Origin: Myxococcales bacterium
GTDB lineage: Bacteria > Myxococcota > Myxococcia > Myxococcales > Myxococcaceae
Reading direction: 5' to 3'
Length of the DNA: 64,000 bases
NCBI GenBank assembly: GCA_030693825.1
Contig: JAUXZV010000023.1
Span: 38,984-102,983, forward strand
Both the position numbers and the translations under genes were made by a program. Of this stretch, positions 1 through 8,447 are shown piece by piece. Each line of letters opens with the position of its first letter. Position 1 is the stretch's first letter. The notes under the pieces are model-generated. The model made no database searches. It was not told the DNA's origin and saw nothing but the letters and a program-made list of their open reading frames with translations.

Positions 1-41
1 GCAGCTGGTCTGAACTTCCCCTTCAACGAAAGGCACACATC

Positions 42-1223
42 ATGGGTCGCAAGGTCAATGTCATCGGCGTGGGGATGGTGAAGTTCCAGAAGCCCGGCGC
101 TTCCGACGGCTACGAGGTGATGGCGAGCGGAGCCATCAAAGAGGCGATGAAGGACGCCGGCGTCGACTTCAAGGAGTTCGAGCAGGCGTACGCGGGCTAC
201 GTCTTCGGTGACAGCACGTGCGGTCAGCGCGCCGTCTACGCCGTCGGCCAGACCGGCATTCCCGTCATCAACGTGAACAACAACTGCTCCACCGGCAGCT
301 CGGCGCTCTACCTCGCGCGGCAGGCCATCGAAGGCGGGCTCGCCGAGTGCGTGCTGGCCGTCGGCTTCGAGCAGATGGAGAAGGGCGCGCTCGCCGCCAA
401 GTGGAGCGACCGCACCAACCCGCTCGACAAACACGTCGACGTGATGAACGCGCAGCAGGGCGTGAACGAGGCGCCGTTCGCCGCGCAGATGTTCGGTGGC
501 GCGGGCCGTGAGTACCGGTGGAAGTACGACACCAGGCGGGAGACGTTCGCGAAGATCGCCGCGAAGGCGCGCACCCACGCCGCGAAGAACCCCTACGCGC
601 TCTTCCGTGAGGTGTTGTCGGTCGAGGAGATCCTCGCGTCCGCCGACGTGTTCGATCCGCTCACCCGGTACCAGTGCTGCCCGCCGACGTGTGGCGCCGC
701 GGCCGTCATCCTCTGCAGCGACGAGTTCGCGAAGAAGAAGGGCGTCTCGAACCCGGTCTTCATCGCCGCGCAGACCATGACGACCGACTTCCCCACCAGC
801 TTCGAGGGGCAGTCGATGATCAAGATGATCGGCTACGACATGGCGAAGTCGGCCGCGAGCCAGCTCTACGAGAAGGCGGGCCTGGGCCCGAAGGACGTTC
901 AGGTTGTCGAGCTGCACGACTGCTTCACCACCAACGAGCTGCTCACCTACGAGGCGATTGGCCTGTGCCCCGAGGGCGAAGCCGAGAAGTTCATCTGGGA
1001 CGGCGACAACACCTTCGGCGGCAAGTTCGTCGTCAACCCGTCGGGCGGGCTCCTCTCCAAGGGCCACCCACTCGGCGCGACCGGCCTCGCCCAGTGCACC
1101 GAGCTCGTCTGGCACCTGCGTGGAACGGCCGGGGAGCGCCAGGTTCCGAACGCGAAGGTCGCGCTGCAGCACAACCTCGGCCTCGGCGGCGCGTGCGTGA
1201 TGACGATGTACCGGCGTAACTGA
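42..1223 (+). CDS. SCP2/SCPx-type thiolase (propanoyl-CoA C-acyltransferase-like, thiolase superfamily)
   Basis: 393-aa ORF with very high GC3. The N-terminus MGRKVNVIGVGMVKF and the C-terminal region GGKFVVNPSGGLLSKGHPLGATGLAQ are typical of the SCP-x thiolase domain. Confidence 0.88.
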   Translation: MGRKVNVIGVGMVKFQKPGASDGYEVMASGAIKEAMKDAGVDFKEFEQAYAGYVFGDSTCGQRAVYAVGQTGIPVINVNNNCSTGSSALYLARQAIEGGLAECVLAVGFEQMEKGALAAKWSDRTNPLDKHVDVMNAQQGVNEAPFAAQMFGGAGREYRWKYDTRRETFAKIAAKARTHAAKNPYALFREVLSVEEILASADVFDPLTRYQCCPPTCGAAAVILCSDEFAKKKGVSNPVFIAAQTMTTDFPTSFEGQSMIKMIGYDMAKSAASQLYEKAGLGPKDVQVVELHDCFTTNELLTYEAIGLCPEGEAEKFIWDGDNTFGGKFVVNPSGGLLSKGHPLGATGLAQCTELVWHLRGTAGERQVPNAKVALQHNLGLGGACVMTMYRRN

Positions 1224-1272
1224 CCGGGTCGGCATCGGAAGGCGCGGGGTCGCAGACGCCGGGCGCATCGAA

Positions 1273-1294
1273 GTTGACGCGATTTCACGTCAAC
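1273..1294. terminator. Perfect 7-bp inverted repeat GTTGACG-N8-CGTCAAC between convergent genes; candidate bidirectional terminator or regulator-binding site
   Basis: gttgacgcgatttcacgtcaac was read directly. It lies in the 160-bp gap between the thiolase (+) and the anti-sigma gene (-). No clear U-tract follows. Confidence 0.3.
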
Positions 1295-1383
1295 CACGAC
1301 CTCCCTGGCGTCGCGCAGGGGGTCGGCCACCTCGCTCAGGCAACGCGGGCTCGAGTGTGGACGCGTGCTGCGGCCTCTTCGAG

Positions 1384-2028
1384 CTACGGCGCGTACGAGC
1401 GCGGCGTCAGCTTCGCCGAGATGACGGTGACCACCAGCGCGACTGCCGCCCACGCCGAGAGATGAAACAGCGCGACGTGGCCAGCCGACTGCCCACAGCC
1501 GAACTCTCCGACGATGGCGCCCGTCGTGCCCGCGGCGAGGCCCGCCAGCACGCTGCGCAGCCGGTTCGGCGCCATGCCACGGAGCAACATGATGACGACC
1601 GCAGCCGGCGCGATGCCGACGGCGAGATGGCTCACGGTGCAGACCCACTCTGGCTGAGGTGACGGTGCGCCCGCGCCGCGAACCAGCACGATGAACGCCG
1701 CCGACAGAACGACCAGGCCCAGTGAGACGAGCCGCGCCACGTGGCCCTGCGGCCGGAGCGACGCCCACATCGTGACGATGCCCACGGTCAACAGCCCCGC
1801 CAGCGTGACGGCGCGTGACGAGAACATGTCGAGGGTGCAGGCGCCGACCGCGAGCAACACGCCCGCGACCGCCGCCGCCAGGCCGAGCACGGTTCCAGAC
1901 GCCTTGAGGACGCCCGCCTTCCACCCGGCGCGCTTTGGCAACGTCGCCTCGGCCATCATCGCCGCGCGCGCCTTGGCGAGGGCGTCACTCGTCGGAGGGT
2001 TCGGCGCTGGAAACGTCACGTCACTCAT
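1384..2028 (-). CDS. Anti-sigma factor, NrsF/DUF1109-like polytopic membrane protein
   Basis: 214 aa with about six hydrophobic segments. It lies immediately downstream of the ECF sigma gene on the same strand, with a 6-bp gap. Confidence 0.6.
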   Translation of the reverse strand: MSDVTFPAPNPPTSDALAKARAAMMAEATLPKRAGWKAGVLKASGTVLGLAAAVAGVLLAVGACTLDMFSSRAVTLAGLLTVGIVTMWASLRPQGHVARLVSLGLVVLSAAFIVLVRGAGAPSPQPEWVCTVSHLAVGIAPAAVVIMLLRGMAPNRLRSVLAGLAAGTTGAIVGEFGCGQSAGHVALFHLSAWAAVALVVTVISAKLTPRSYAP

Positions 2029-2034
2029 TGCGCC

Positions 2035-2577
2035 TCAATTGGGTTCGTCCAGAAGCTCGCGCAGCTTTTCGTAGCCGCGGTGCGCCCGGATTCGCGCCGC
2101 CGTCTCGCTGATCTCCAGCATCTGGGCGATCTGCTCGAACGAGAGGCCCTCGAGCTTGTGCAGCACCACACACTCCCGCTGCTGCTCTGGCAGCTTCGCG
2201 AACGCGGCCTCGATGCGCCGGCGCTGCCCGGGGTCCGACATGGCGGGCTCGACCGACGGCTCGAGCGCCGGGCCGTCGTCGTCGTCGTGGAGCACTTCGA
2301 CCTGCAGCTTCTTGCGTCGAAGGGTGTCGCGCGCGGCGTTGCCGGCGATGGTGAGCAGCCATGGCACGAGCTTGAGGCCCGGCTGAAACCGATCAGCCGA
2401 GCGCACCACTGACAGGAACGTCGTCTGGAGCAGATCGTCCGCGAGCGCGCGGTCGTTCACCATGCGGCCGAGGAACGCGTGAACGCCCGAGGCATGACGC
2501 TCGAAGAGCGCTTCCATCGCGCGTGCGTCTCCCTGTTGGTAGCGCTCCATGAGCTCCTCATCGCTCGGACTCTGCAT
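2035..2577 (-). CDS. ECF (sigma-70 family) RNA polymerase sigma factor
   Basis: 180 aa. The region-2 motif DLLQTTFLSVVRSADRF and the region-4 HTH VVLHKLEGLSFEQIAQMLEISETAARIRAHRG are both present. Confidence 0.9.
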   Translation of the reverse strand: MQSPSDEELMERYQQGDARAMEALFERHASGVHAFLGRMVNDRALADDLLQTTFLSVVRSADRFQPGLKLVPWLLTIAGNAARDTLRRKKLQVEVLHDDDDGPALEPSVEPAMSDPGQRRRIEAAFAKLPEQQRECVVLHKLEGLSFEQIAQMLEISETAARIRAHRGYEKLRELLDEPN

Positions 2578-2739
2578 GCCGGCTCAGTTCTCCCTACGGT
2601 GGAGGGCTCCGGGTGTTTCATGGGGGTTGTTGGCCCCGATTTCAAGCAGGTCCGCGAAACGACTGCCTTTTCGGGTGCAGGGTCAGGTGTCTGGGGGCGC
2701 GTCGTCTGCCCGGCCATGCACTCCGACAAAGAGAGGGAC

Positions 2740-3474
2740 ATGGCGCGGTCGCTGTTGCCCTCGAGGTGGCGGGGGGCTGCGACGGCCAAGGCCCACGCCA
2801 AACGCTCGACGCGCCGTGAGGTGTCACGCGTGATGGCCACGTTGTCCGTCGACCCCGACGCGTGGGACGACGCCGACGGCGTGTTCGACGACAGCTCCAT
2901 CGAGGTGCGCGCCGTGGTGTGGCGTCGTCGCTCCTCCGACAAGGTGAACCCGTTCATCCGCTGGGCGACGCAGACCACGAAGCACCTGCCGAAGCCGTCC
3001 CGCCTGCCTCACCTGCGCGGCGTCTTGCCGAAGGGGCTGATTGGCGACCATGCGTTGAGCCACCTCGAGCGGCATGCGCCGTTCGACCTGCGCCCCCGGA
3101 TCCCGTGGAAGCGGCGTCGACGCCTCCTCGATCGTGGGCACGTCGCGAACGTCTTGCGCGAGGTGCTCGAGGTGCGAGGGGGCCACGCGCTGGTGAACGA
3201 CGTGTTGAGCCGCCAGGCCATCGTCGACGAGCGAAGCCAGCAGCCGATCCGTCGCGGCGCGGTGCGGCGACTGCTCGGGGTGCATGACGTGCTGCCGTTC
3301 CTCGAGGAACTGGAGCTGCCCCAGCACCGCGCGCTCCGGTACGTCCTCGATGCGCTCTGCCGCACGCTCTGGCGCTGTCACTTCGACCTCGAGCGCACCC
3401 AGCTCGAGCTGCCGTCGCCGGTGGGCGTGCCGGCGTGGAGCGGCTTTGCGTCGAGCGCCTTCTCCTCGTCGTGA
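2740..3474 (+). CDS. Hypothetical protein (Arg-rich)
   Basis: High GC3 in the + frame. The ATG at 2740 is preceded by a purine-rich SD-like AGAGAGGGAC. The longer upstream start at 2479 would overlap the divergent sigma gene, so I did not use it. Confidence 0.45.
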   Translation: MARSLLPSRWRGAATAKAHAKRSTRREVSRVMATLSVDPDAWDDADGVFDDSSIEVRAVVWRRRSSDKVNPFIRWATQTTKHLPKPSRLPHLRGVLPKGLIGDHALSHLERHAPFDLRPRIPWKRRRRLLDRGHVANVLREVLEVRGGHALVNDVLSRQAIVDERSQQPIRRGAVRRLLGVHDVLPFLEELELPQHRALRYVLDALCRTLWRCHFDLERTQLELPSPVGVPAWSGFASSAFSSS

Positions 3475-3611
3475 CCCGCGCTGAGCGGCCTCTCACGACC
3501 GCCCACGCCACCGAGACCTCAGCGCGGCTCGCAGGTTGACTGCTCCTCGCGTTCGTCGCCTGTTGTTTCGCCGAGCCACCGCATGGGACGACGTGCCTCG
3601 AGTGCGACGCG

Positions 3612-3794
3612 GAGGTCATGGGGATTCGAGGGTCTGCCGCGTGACGCGCGAGCTGCAAGCGGTCTGAGCCGCGAGCCAGCGCCTTCACGACAGCGCAGGG
3701 TCGTCACCCTGATCTCGGTCCTCCGCAAGCGAGAGGTCGTGAGGATTCGAGGGTCTGCCGCGTGACGCGCGAACTGCAGATCTGAGCCGCGAGC
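3612..3794. repeat. Two copies of a ~62-bp imperfect direct repeat (period ~121 bp) in a convergent intergenic region
   Basis: Copy 1 at 3612-3677 is gaggtcatggggattcgagggtctgccgcgtgacgcgcgagctgcaagcggtctgagccgcgagc. Copy 2 at 3733-3794 is gaggtcgtgaggattcgagggtctgccgcgtgacgcgcgaactgcagatctgagccgcgagc. Confidence 0.8.
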
Positions 3795-3856
3795 AGTCCG
3801 GGCGACGCGATTCGGCGCGACGAGTTGGCACTGCCGCGCTCACTCGCCTTCGATCG

Positions 3857-5209
3857 CTACGGAAGACACGCCGCAGCACACAAGCCCTGCTCACACCGCC
3901 CCGACGCGCAGTCAGCGCCCGTGCGACACGCCTGGCCCGGGCCCTGCGGCTCGATGCACACCGCGCCGCCGTCAGCGCCGTCGAGGCACGCGCCCCACAG
4001 ACACGGCCTGGTCGTCGAGCACGGCTCGCCCAGCGCAGGGAGCCCCACACAGTTGCCCGCGACGCAGGCGCTCAACGCCAGACAGTCGCGCGAGGTGCTG
4101 CAGACCGACGCGTTCTTCAGCAGCGGCGCGCAGCTTCGACCGCCGTCGGCCTCGACACAGGTGAGGTGGCCCTGACAGTCACTGGCGACGCGGCAGGGCT
4201 CCGTCGCGGGCTTGAGCACGGAGCACACGCCGCGCTGCTGACCGGTCTCGATGAGGCACGTCGCACCCTGAGGGCATTGTTGACGCGGGGAGCACTCGGC
4301 GCCGATGGGGGCCGACGACGCGACGCACGACTGGGTGATGGCGTCGCACACCAGGCTCGGGCCGCACTGAGAGTCGTCGTTGCAGCCGAGGCCTGCGTCG
4401 CGGCGTGACTCGCACACGCCGCCGTCCGCCGACGCGACGCAGAACGCCGAGTCGTCGCAGCGGCCGACGACACAGGGCTGCTCGGCGACGGGCAGGCGAC
4501 GACACGCTCCGGCGCTGCAGACGAGGCCCGGGGCGCACAGCTGGGTCGGGCCACACGGCGCAGACTCGGCCCCGAACTGGCTGCACTGGCTCGAGCCCGA
4601 CGCGCCCAGGGGCGGCCGGCAGTAGAGGTTCGCCTGGCAGTCGGCGGTGGTGAGGCAGACCTCTGCGATGGCGCCACGGGCCAGGCACTTGCGCGGGCAG
4701 CCGCCGCCGCGACACACGCCGTCGGAGCACTCCTGGTAGCCGTCGTAGCAGCGGCCACCGAGCGAGACGGCCGGGAGCAGGAAGCTCTTGCACGAGGCCG
4801 GCTCCATCGCCCAGTCGCTGCACGAGCGGGTGGCCCAGTCGGTCGCGCACGTCTGCGCACGAATCGCGTCGTAGCGCAGCGTGCCCACCTCGACGCGTGA
4901 GGGCCATTGGGTGGGGCCGCACCAGGTCGCCGTGAGCCACGCCACGCACGCGCGGTAGGCGTCGGTCGTGTCGTCGATGACGCCGCAGGTGCGCAACGTC
5001 TCGCAGCGCCGGGCGTTCAAGGTGGCACAGGCGCTCCTCAGCGGAAGCCCTCCGTCAGCCGAGCCACCGCCCGTGCCCGATGAGCCGCCGCCCACGCCGC
5101 CGGCGCCGATGCCGCCGTCGGGGAGGACCAGGAGCGGTGGAGGCACGGGGCTGCACGCCACGATGACGCCCGCGATGAGTCCGATGACGAAGGCGTGTGA
5201 GGTCGTCAC
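3857..5209 (-). CDS. Cysteine-rich repeat secreted lipoprotein
   Basis: 450 aa. Signal peptide plus lipobox (IVACS), a Gly-rich linker, then more than ten Cys-rich modules (C-x-C-x(n)-G-x-C pattern). It lies 12 bp downstream of its paralog. Confidence 0.7.
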   Translation of the reverse strand: MTTSHAFVIGLIAGVIVACSPVPPPLLVLPDGGIGAGGVGGGSSGTGGGSADGGLPLRSACATLNARRCETLRTCGVIDDTTDAYRACVAWLTATWCGPTQWPSRVEVGTLRYDAIRAQTCATDWATRSCSDWAMEPASCKSFLLPAVSLGGRCYDGYQECSDGVCRGGGCPRKCLARGAIAEVCLTTADCQANLYCRPPLGASGSSQCSQFGAESAPCGPTQLCAPGLVCSAGACRRLPVAEQPCVVGRCDDSAFCVASADGGVCESRRDAGLGCNDDSQCGPSLVCDAITQSCVASSAPIGAECSPRQQCPQGATCLIETGQQRGVCSVLKPATEPCRVASDCQGHLTCVEADGGRSCAPLLKNASVCSTSRDCLALSACVAGNCVGLPALGEPCSTTRPCLWGACLDGADGGAVCIEPQGPGQACRTGADCASGRCEQGLCAAACLP

Positions 5210-5221
5210 TGCAAACGCTTC

Positions 5222-6487
5222 CTACAGCCCGGCGTCGGCCTTCAGCGAGCAGGCGATTCCGCACGTCCCGCCAAAACCACCGTCGGGGCGACGGCCGAAC
5301 TCGCATTCATTCGACAGGCACATGCCATCATAGTCGCAGTCGTCACCCGGCGCACGCCGGCGTGTGCAGCGACGGTCGTCCGAGCCGCTGAACTGGCAGA
5401 AGTAACCCGTCAGACATCGCCCGCTGCTGCCCACCGTGTAGCCGCAGTCCCCACCATCGCCGGGGAAAGGCTCGCAGCGCTGGTTCACGTTGGAGCAGAA
5501 CAGCCCATCTTCGCAGTCGTTGTAGACGGAGCACGTCTCGCCACGTCGAGCGCGGGCGAGGCAGGTGCCGGTGGTGATGACGGTGGAGCAGCGCAGCGAC
5601 GGCAGGCACGTTCCGCTCCCGGCGCAGGTGCCGTTGAGGCCCGTTCGCCGCTGGCAGGTTCCAGGCGGGGGCGGCTCACCTTCCATCGCGGGCGGGCCCT
5701 GACGGCAGAAGTACTCGTCGGCGCAGAACGGGTACCCGCTCGTCGCGCCGCACACCTCGCCGGCATCGGCCCGGCGCGCGACGCACCGCTGGTTGATGCA
5801 CGCGCCCTCGGCGCCGCACTCGTCGAAGTCGACGCACGCGTCGCCGGCGCGCTTGAGCGGGTTGCACGTCTCGACGCCACTGTCGGCGCGGTAACACCCG
5901 AGCGTCGGCTCGCAGCGGCGGAAGAAGTCGCAGGTCTCGCCCGCAGCGCGGAAGGCGCGGCAGGGGTAGGGGCAGGTGCCCGTGTAGATGTCGCAGTAGC
6001 TGCCGGCGCTGCAGTCGTCGGCGATGACGCAGCCGCCATCGGCGGGAACGCGGCCGGAGAAGAGGCCTGCGCACGAAGCAGGCTCCCGGGTGCAACTGCC
6101 GGTGGCGTAGGCGTTGAGGCAGGTGACGGCGCGCGTCGAGTCGAACACCAGCCGGCCTGCGTCGACGCCGGTGTCGAAGGCCAGCTGGTCGCAGCCGTCG
6201 GCCGTGCGCACCACGCAGTCGGTGAGCGAGGACTCCGAGAGGCTCAGGCAGCGCACCTGTCGCAGGCAGGTCGCCAGCGCCTTCGTGCGGCACCACGTCG
6301 CCGCCGTCGCCAGGGTGAAGCCGGCGTCGACCGTGCCGCCGTCGAAGCGCATGCGGCCCGCGTCGATTTCAGGCTCGACGTCTCCCGCATCGACCACTGG
6401 CGTGATGGACGCGTCAGGCGTCACCATCATCATCGGCGGAGGGCAGGCGGTGAGGGCAACGACGCTGATGGCGAGAAGGCGACGCAC
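5222..6487 (-). CDS. Cysteine-rich repeat secreted lipoprotein (paralog of the gene at 3857-5209)
   Basis: Same Cys-rich module architecture. I chose the GTG start at 6487, which gives the signal peptide VRRLLAISVVALTAC and begins right after the XdhC stop at 6499. The ORF-track start at 6730 would overlap XdhC. Confidence 0.65.
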   Translation of the reverse strand: MRRLLAISVVALTACPPPMMMVTPDASITPVVDAGDVEPEIDAGRMRFDGGTVDAGFTLATAATWCRTKALATCLRQVRCLSLSESSLTDCVVRTADGCDQLAFDTGVDAGRLVFDSTRAVTCLNAYATGSCTREPASCAGLFSGRVPADGGCVIADDCSAGSYCDIYTGTCPYPCRAFRAAGETCDFFRRCEPTLGCYRADSGVETCNPLKRAGDACVDFDECGAEGACINQRCVARRADAGEVCGATSGYPFCADEYFCRQGPPAMEGEPPPPGTCQRRTGLNGTCAGSGTCLPSLRCSTVITTGTCLARARRGETCSVYNDCEDGLFCSNVNQRCEPFPGDGGDCGYTVGSSGRCLTGYFCQFSGSDDRRCTRRRAPGDDCDYDGMCLSNECEFGRRPDGGFGGTCGIACSLKADAGL

Positions 6488-6498
6488 GAGCGCGCACC

Positions 6499-7296
6499 CT
6501 ACACCGACGCGAGGTGACGCGCCTTGGCTTTGACCCGCTCGGCCCGGCGAACCGCCACCAGGCGCGCGGCGATCGACAGCCCAATCTCGACCGGCGTCAA
6601 CGCTCCGATGTCGAGGCCCATGGGGCACTCGAGCGCCTCGACGCGGTCCTTCGAGAAGCCCCCCGCGAGGAGCCGCTGACGAAACCGCTCGGCCTTGCGG
6701 CGGCTCCCGATGACGCCGAGGTAGCTCCACGGCTTGTCGAGGAGCGCTTCGACGCAGCGTTGGTCGAGCGGGTGGTCGTGCGTGGCGACGGCGAAATACG
6801 TGTCGGGTCCTCCGGCGTGTTCGCGCGCGACGTCATCGGCCGGGCGCACCAGCACCCGCGCGCCGGGGAACCGTGCGTCGGTCGCCCATTCGGTGCGCTC
6901 GTCGGCGACGGTGACGTCGAAGCCTGCGGCGACGGCGAGGGCCGAGAGCTCCTTCGCGACGTGGCCCGCGCCGAAGAGGACGAGGGCCGGCGCGGCGGCG
7001 TGCTTCTCGAGGAACACCGTCATGCGCCCGCCGCAGCACATGCCGAGCTCGTGCGTGAGGTGCGTGTCGAGGGTCGAGGTGGTGGTGGACGACTGCAGGA
7101 GCGCCAGGGCCGCGTCGACGATCTGCTTCTCGATGGCGCCGCCGCCCACGGTGCCGACGAGCGAGCCATCGGCCTTCACCACCAGCTTGCTGCCAGGCTT
7201 CTGCGGGGTCGAGCCATGCGACGCGATGACGGTGCAGAGGACGAAGGGGTGCCCCTCGTCGATCAACTGCTGCAGGTCGCGGAAGAAACCATTCAC
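6499..7296 (-). CDS. xdhC: XdhC/CoxI family protein (xanthine dehydrogenase accessory factor-like)
   Basis: 265 aa. The N-terminal XdhC_CoxI domain (LCTVIASHGSTPQKPGSKLVV) and a C-terminal Rossmann-like domain (ALVLFGAGHVAKELSALA) are present. No xdhAB genes are in the window. Confidence 0.85.
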   Translation of the reverse strand: MNGFFRDLQQLIDEGHPFVLCTVIASHGSTPQKPGSKLVVKADGSLVGTVGGGAIEKQIVDAALALLQSSTTTSTLDTHLTHELGMCCGGRMTVFLEKHAAAPALVLFGAGHVAKELSALAVAAGFDVTVADERTEWATDARFPGARVLVRPADDVAREHAGGPDTYFAVATHDHPLDQRCVEALLDKPWSYLGVIGSRRKAERFRQRLLAGGFSKDRVEALECPMGLDIGALTPVEIGLSIAARLVAVRRAERVKAKARHLASV

Positions 7297-7309
7297 GGGT
7301 CTGGCGAGC

Positions 7310-8332
7310 CTACTCCACCTCGTCGCTCTTCACCGAGGCGCACAAGGTCGTCGGGACGACGTTCGCCGACCCGTTCAGCGTGGGGCTCTTCGCGCGCTCG
7401 AGTGCAGCGGGCAGCTCGGCCTCGATGCTCCGCAGCTCGCCACACAAGGCCACCCGGCTGCGCGCGAGCTTCGGCGTGGGCTTGCGCTTGTACGAGGCCG
7501 CCACGGTCTCGAGCTGCTTCTGGTTCGCGGCGTGTCGCGCCACCAACAGCTTCACGTGCGCGGCGTGACGCCGGCGCATCGCCTCGGTCTGCGCCTTCAC
7601 CACGTCGGCCGCCGCGTCCGGGCTCTCCTGCGTGGCGTCACCGTTGAGCAGCGGCAGGTCGACGGTGAGCTCGAGCGCGGTGCGGGGCTGGGCCTGCAGC
7701 GCGGCTTCGAGGCAGCGCTCCACGGCGTCGGCGAGCGGGTCCGATGAGGTGACGACGTCGATGGGGGCGTCGGGCAGGTGCGTGAGGACGAGCTGCGGAG
7801 GCGCGTTCACGCCGAGCGCCACGAAGCACGAACAGGCGCTCGTCACCGCGGCGCGGAGGGCGTTCACCTCGGGCAACAGCTCGAGCGATGGGTCCGGAGC
7901 ACCCACCGGAGGCGCGACGACCAGCACGTTCACCAGGGGCGTCGAGGCGGCGCCGGTCAGCGTGAGGTCCTTCACGCGGGCCTCGAGGCAGGCCACACCC
8001 TCTGCGGTCACGTTGCGTGGCGTCACGCGCGCGCTCGCCGTCGCCGAGACGGTCACCTCGAGGTCGGCGCTGGCGTCTGGGCGCTCCCGGCTGGTCGGCG
8101 GCGCCAGACACGCCTCGAAGCGCGGGCGCTCGAGCTCGAGGAACGCCGCGAGCGTCTCGTTCGTCAGGCCGCTCGGCGGCGCCGGCTTCGCACACGCGCT
8201 CACATCGAAGGCCAGGGCTCGAACCCGCACGGCGTTCGCGCGCGGCGCGGGCACCAGCGGCTCGACGGGCTCGGGAATCGGCTTCGCCGTCACGCACGAC
8301 GTCAGAACGAGCAGCCCCACCAGCGCACGCAT
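7310..8332 (-). CDS. Hypothetical lipoprotein
   Basis: 340 aa with signal peptide and lipobox LVLTSC. It sits 14 bp downstream of xdhC on the same strand. Confidence 0.55.
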   Translation of the reverse strand: MRALVGLLVLTSCVTAKPIPEPVEPLVPAPRANAVRVRALAFDVSACAKPAPPSGLTNETLAAFLELERPRFEACLAPPTSRERPDASADLEVTVSATASARVTPRNVTAEGVACLEARVKDLTLTGAASTPLVNVLVVAPPVGAPDPSLELLPEVNALRAAVTSACSCFVALGVNAPPQLVLTHLPDAPIDVVTSSDPLADAVERCLEAALQAQPRTALELTVDLPLLNGDATQESPDAAADVVKAQTEAMRRRHAAHVKLLVARHAANQKQLETVAASYKRKPTPKLARSRVALCGELRSIEAELPAALERAKSPTLNGSANVVPTTLCASVKSDEVE

Positions 8333-8447
8333 ATCGAACGTCTACTCCGGCCCCGGTGGAAGGGAACTTCTGCACACACCACCAGAGTACCGCCTCGGGA
8401 ACCCGACCTGGACGTTGGTGTCGAGAGGTCCACGGAAGGCGGTACCC

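Noticed and set aside
947-1924. 325-aa ORF on the minus strand antisense to the thiolase gene
   Set aside because: Extremely Arg/Gly/Pro-rich low-complexity translation, typical of the antisense frame of a high-GC gene. The + strand thiolase has clear homology.
2479-2739. Upstream extension of the hypothetical gene to the ATG at 2479
   Set aside because: It would overlap the divergently oriented ECF sigma gene by 99 bp. An SD-like AGAGAGGG precedes the ATG at 2740.
3612-3794. Possible CRISPR array
   Set aside because: Only two repeat units are present, with a non-constant 55-bp intervening sequence that is itself partly repeated. No cas genes are in the window.
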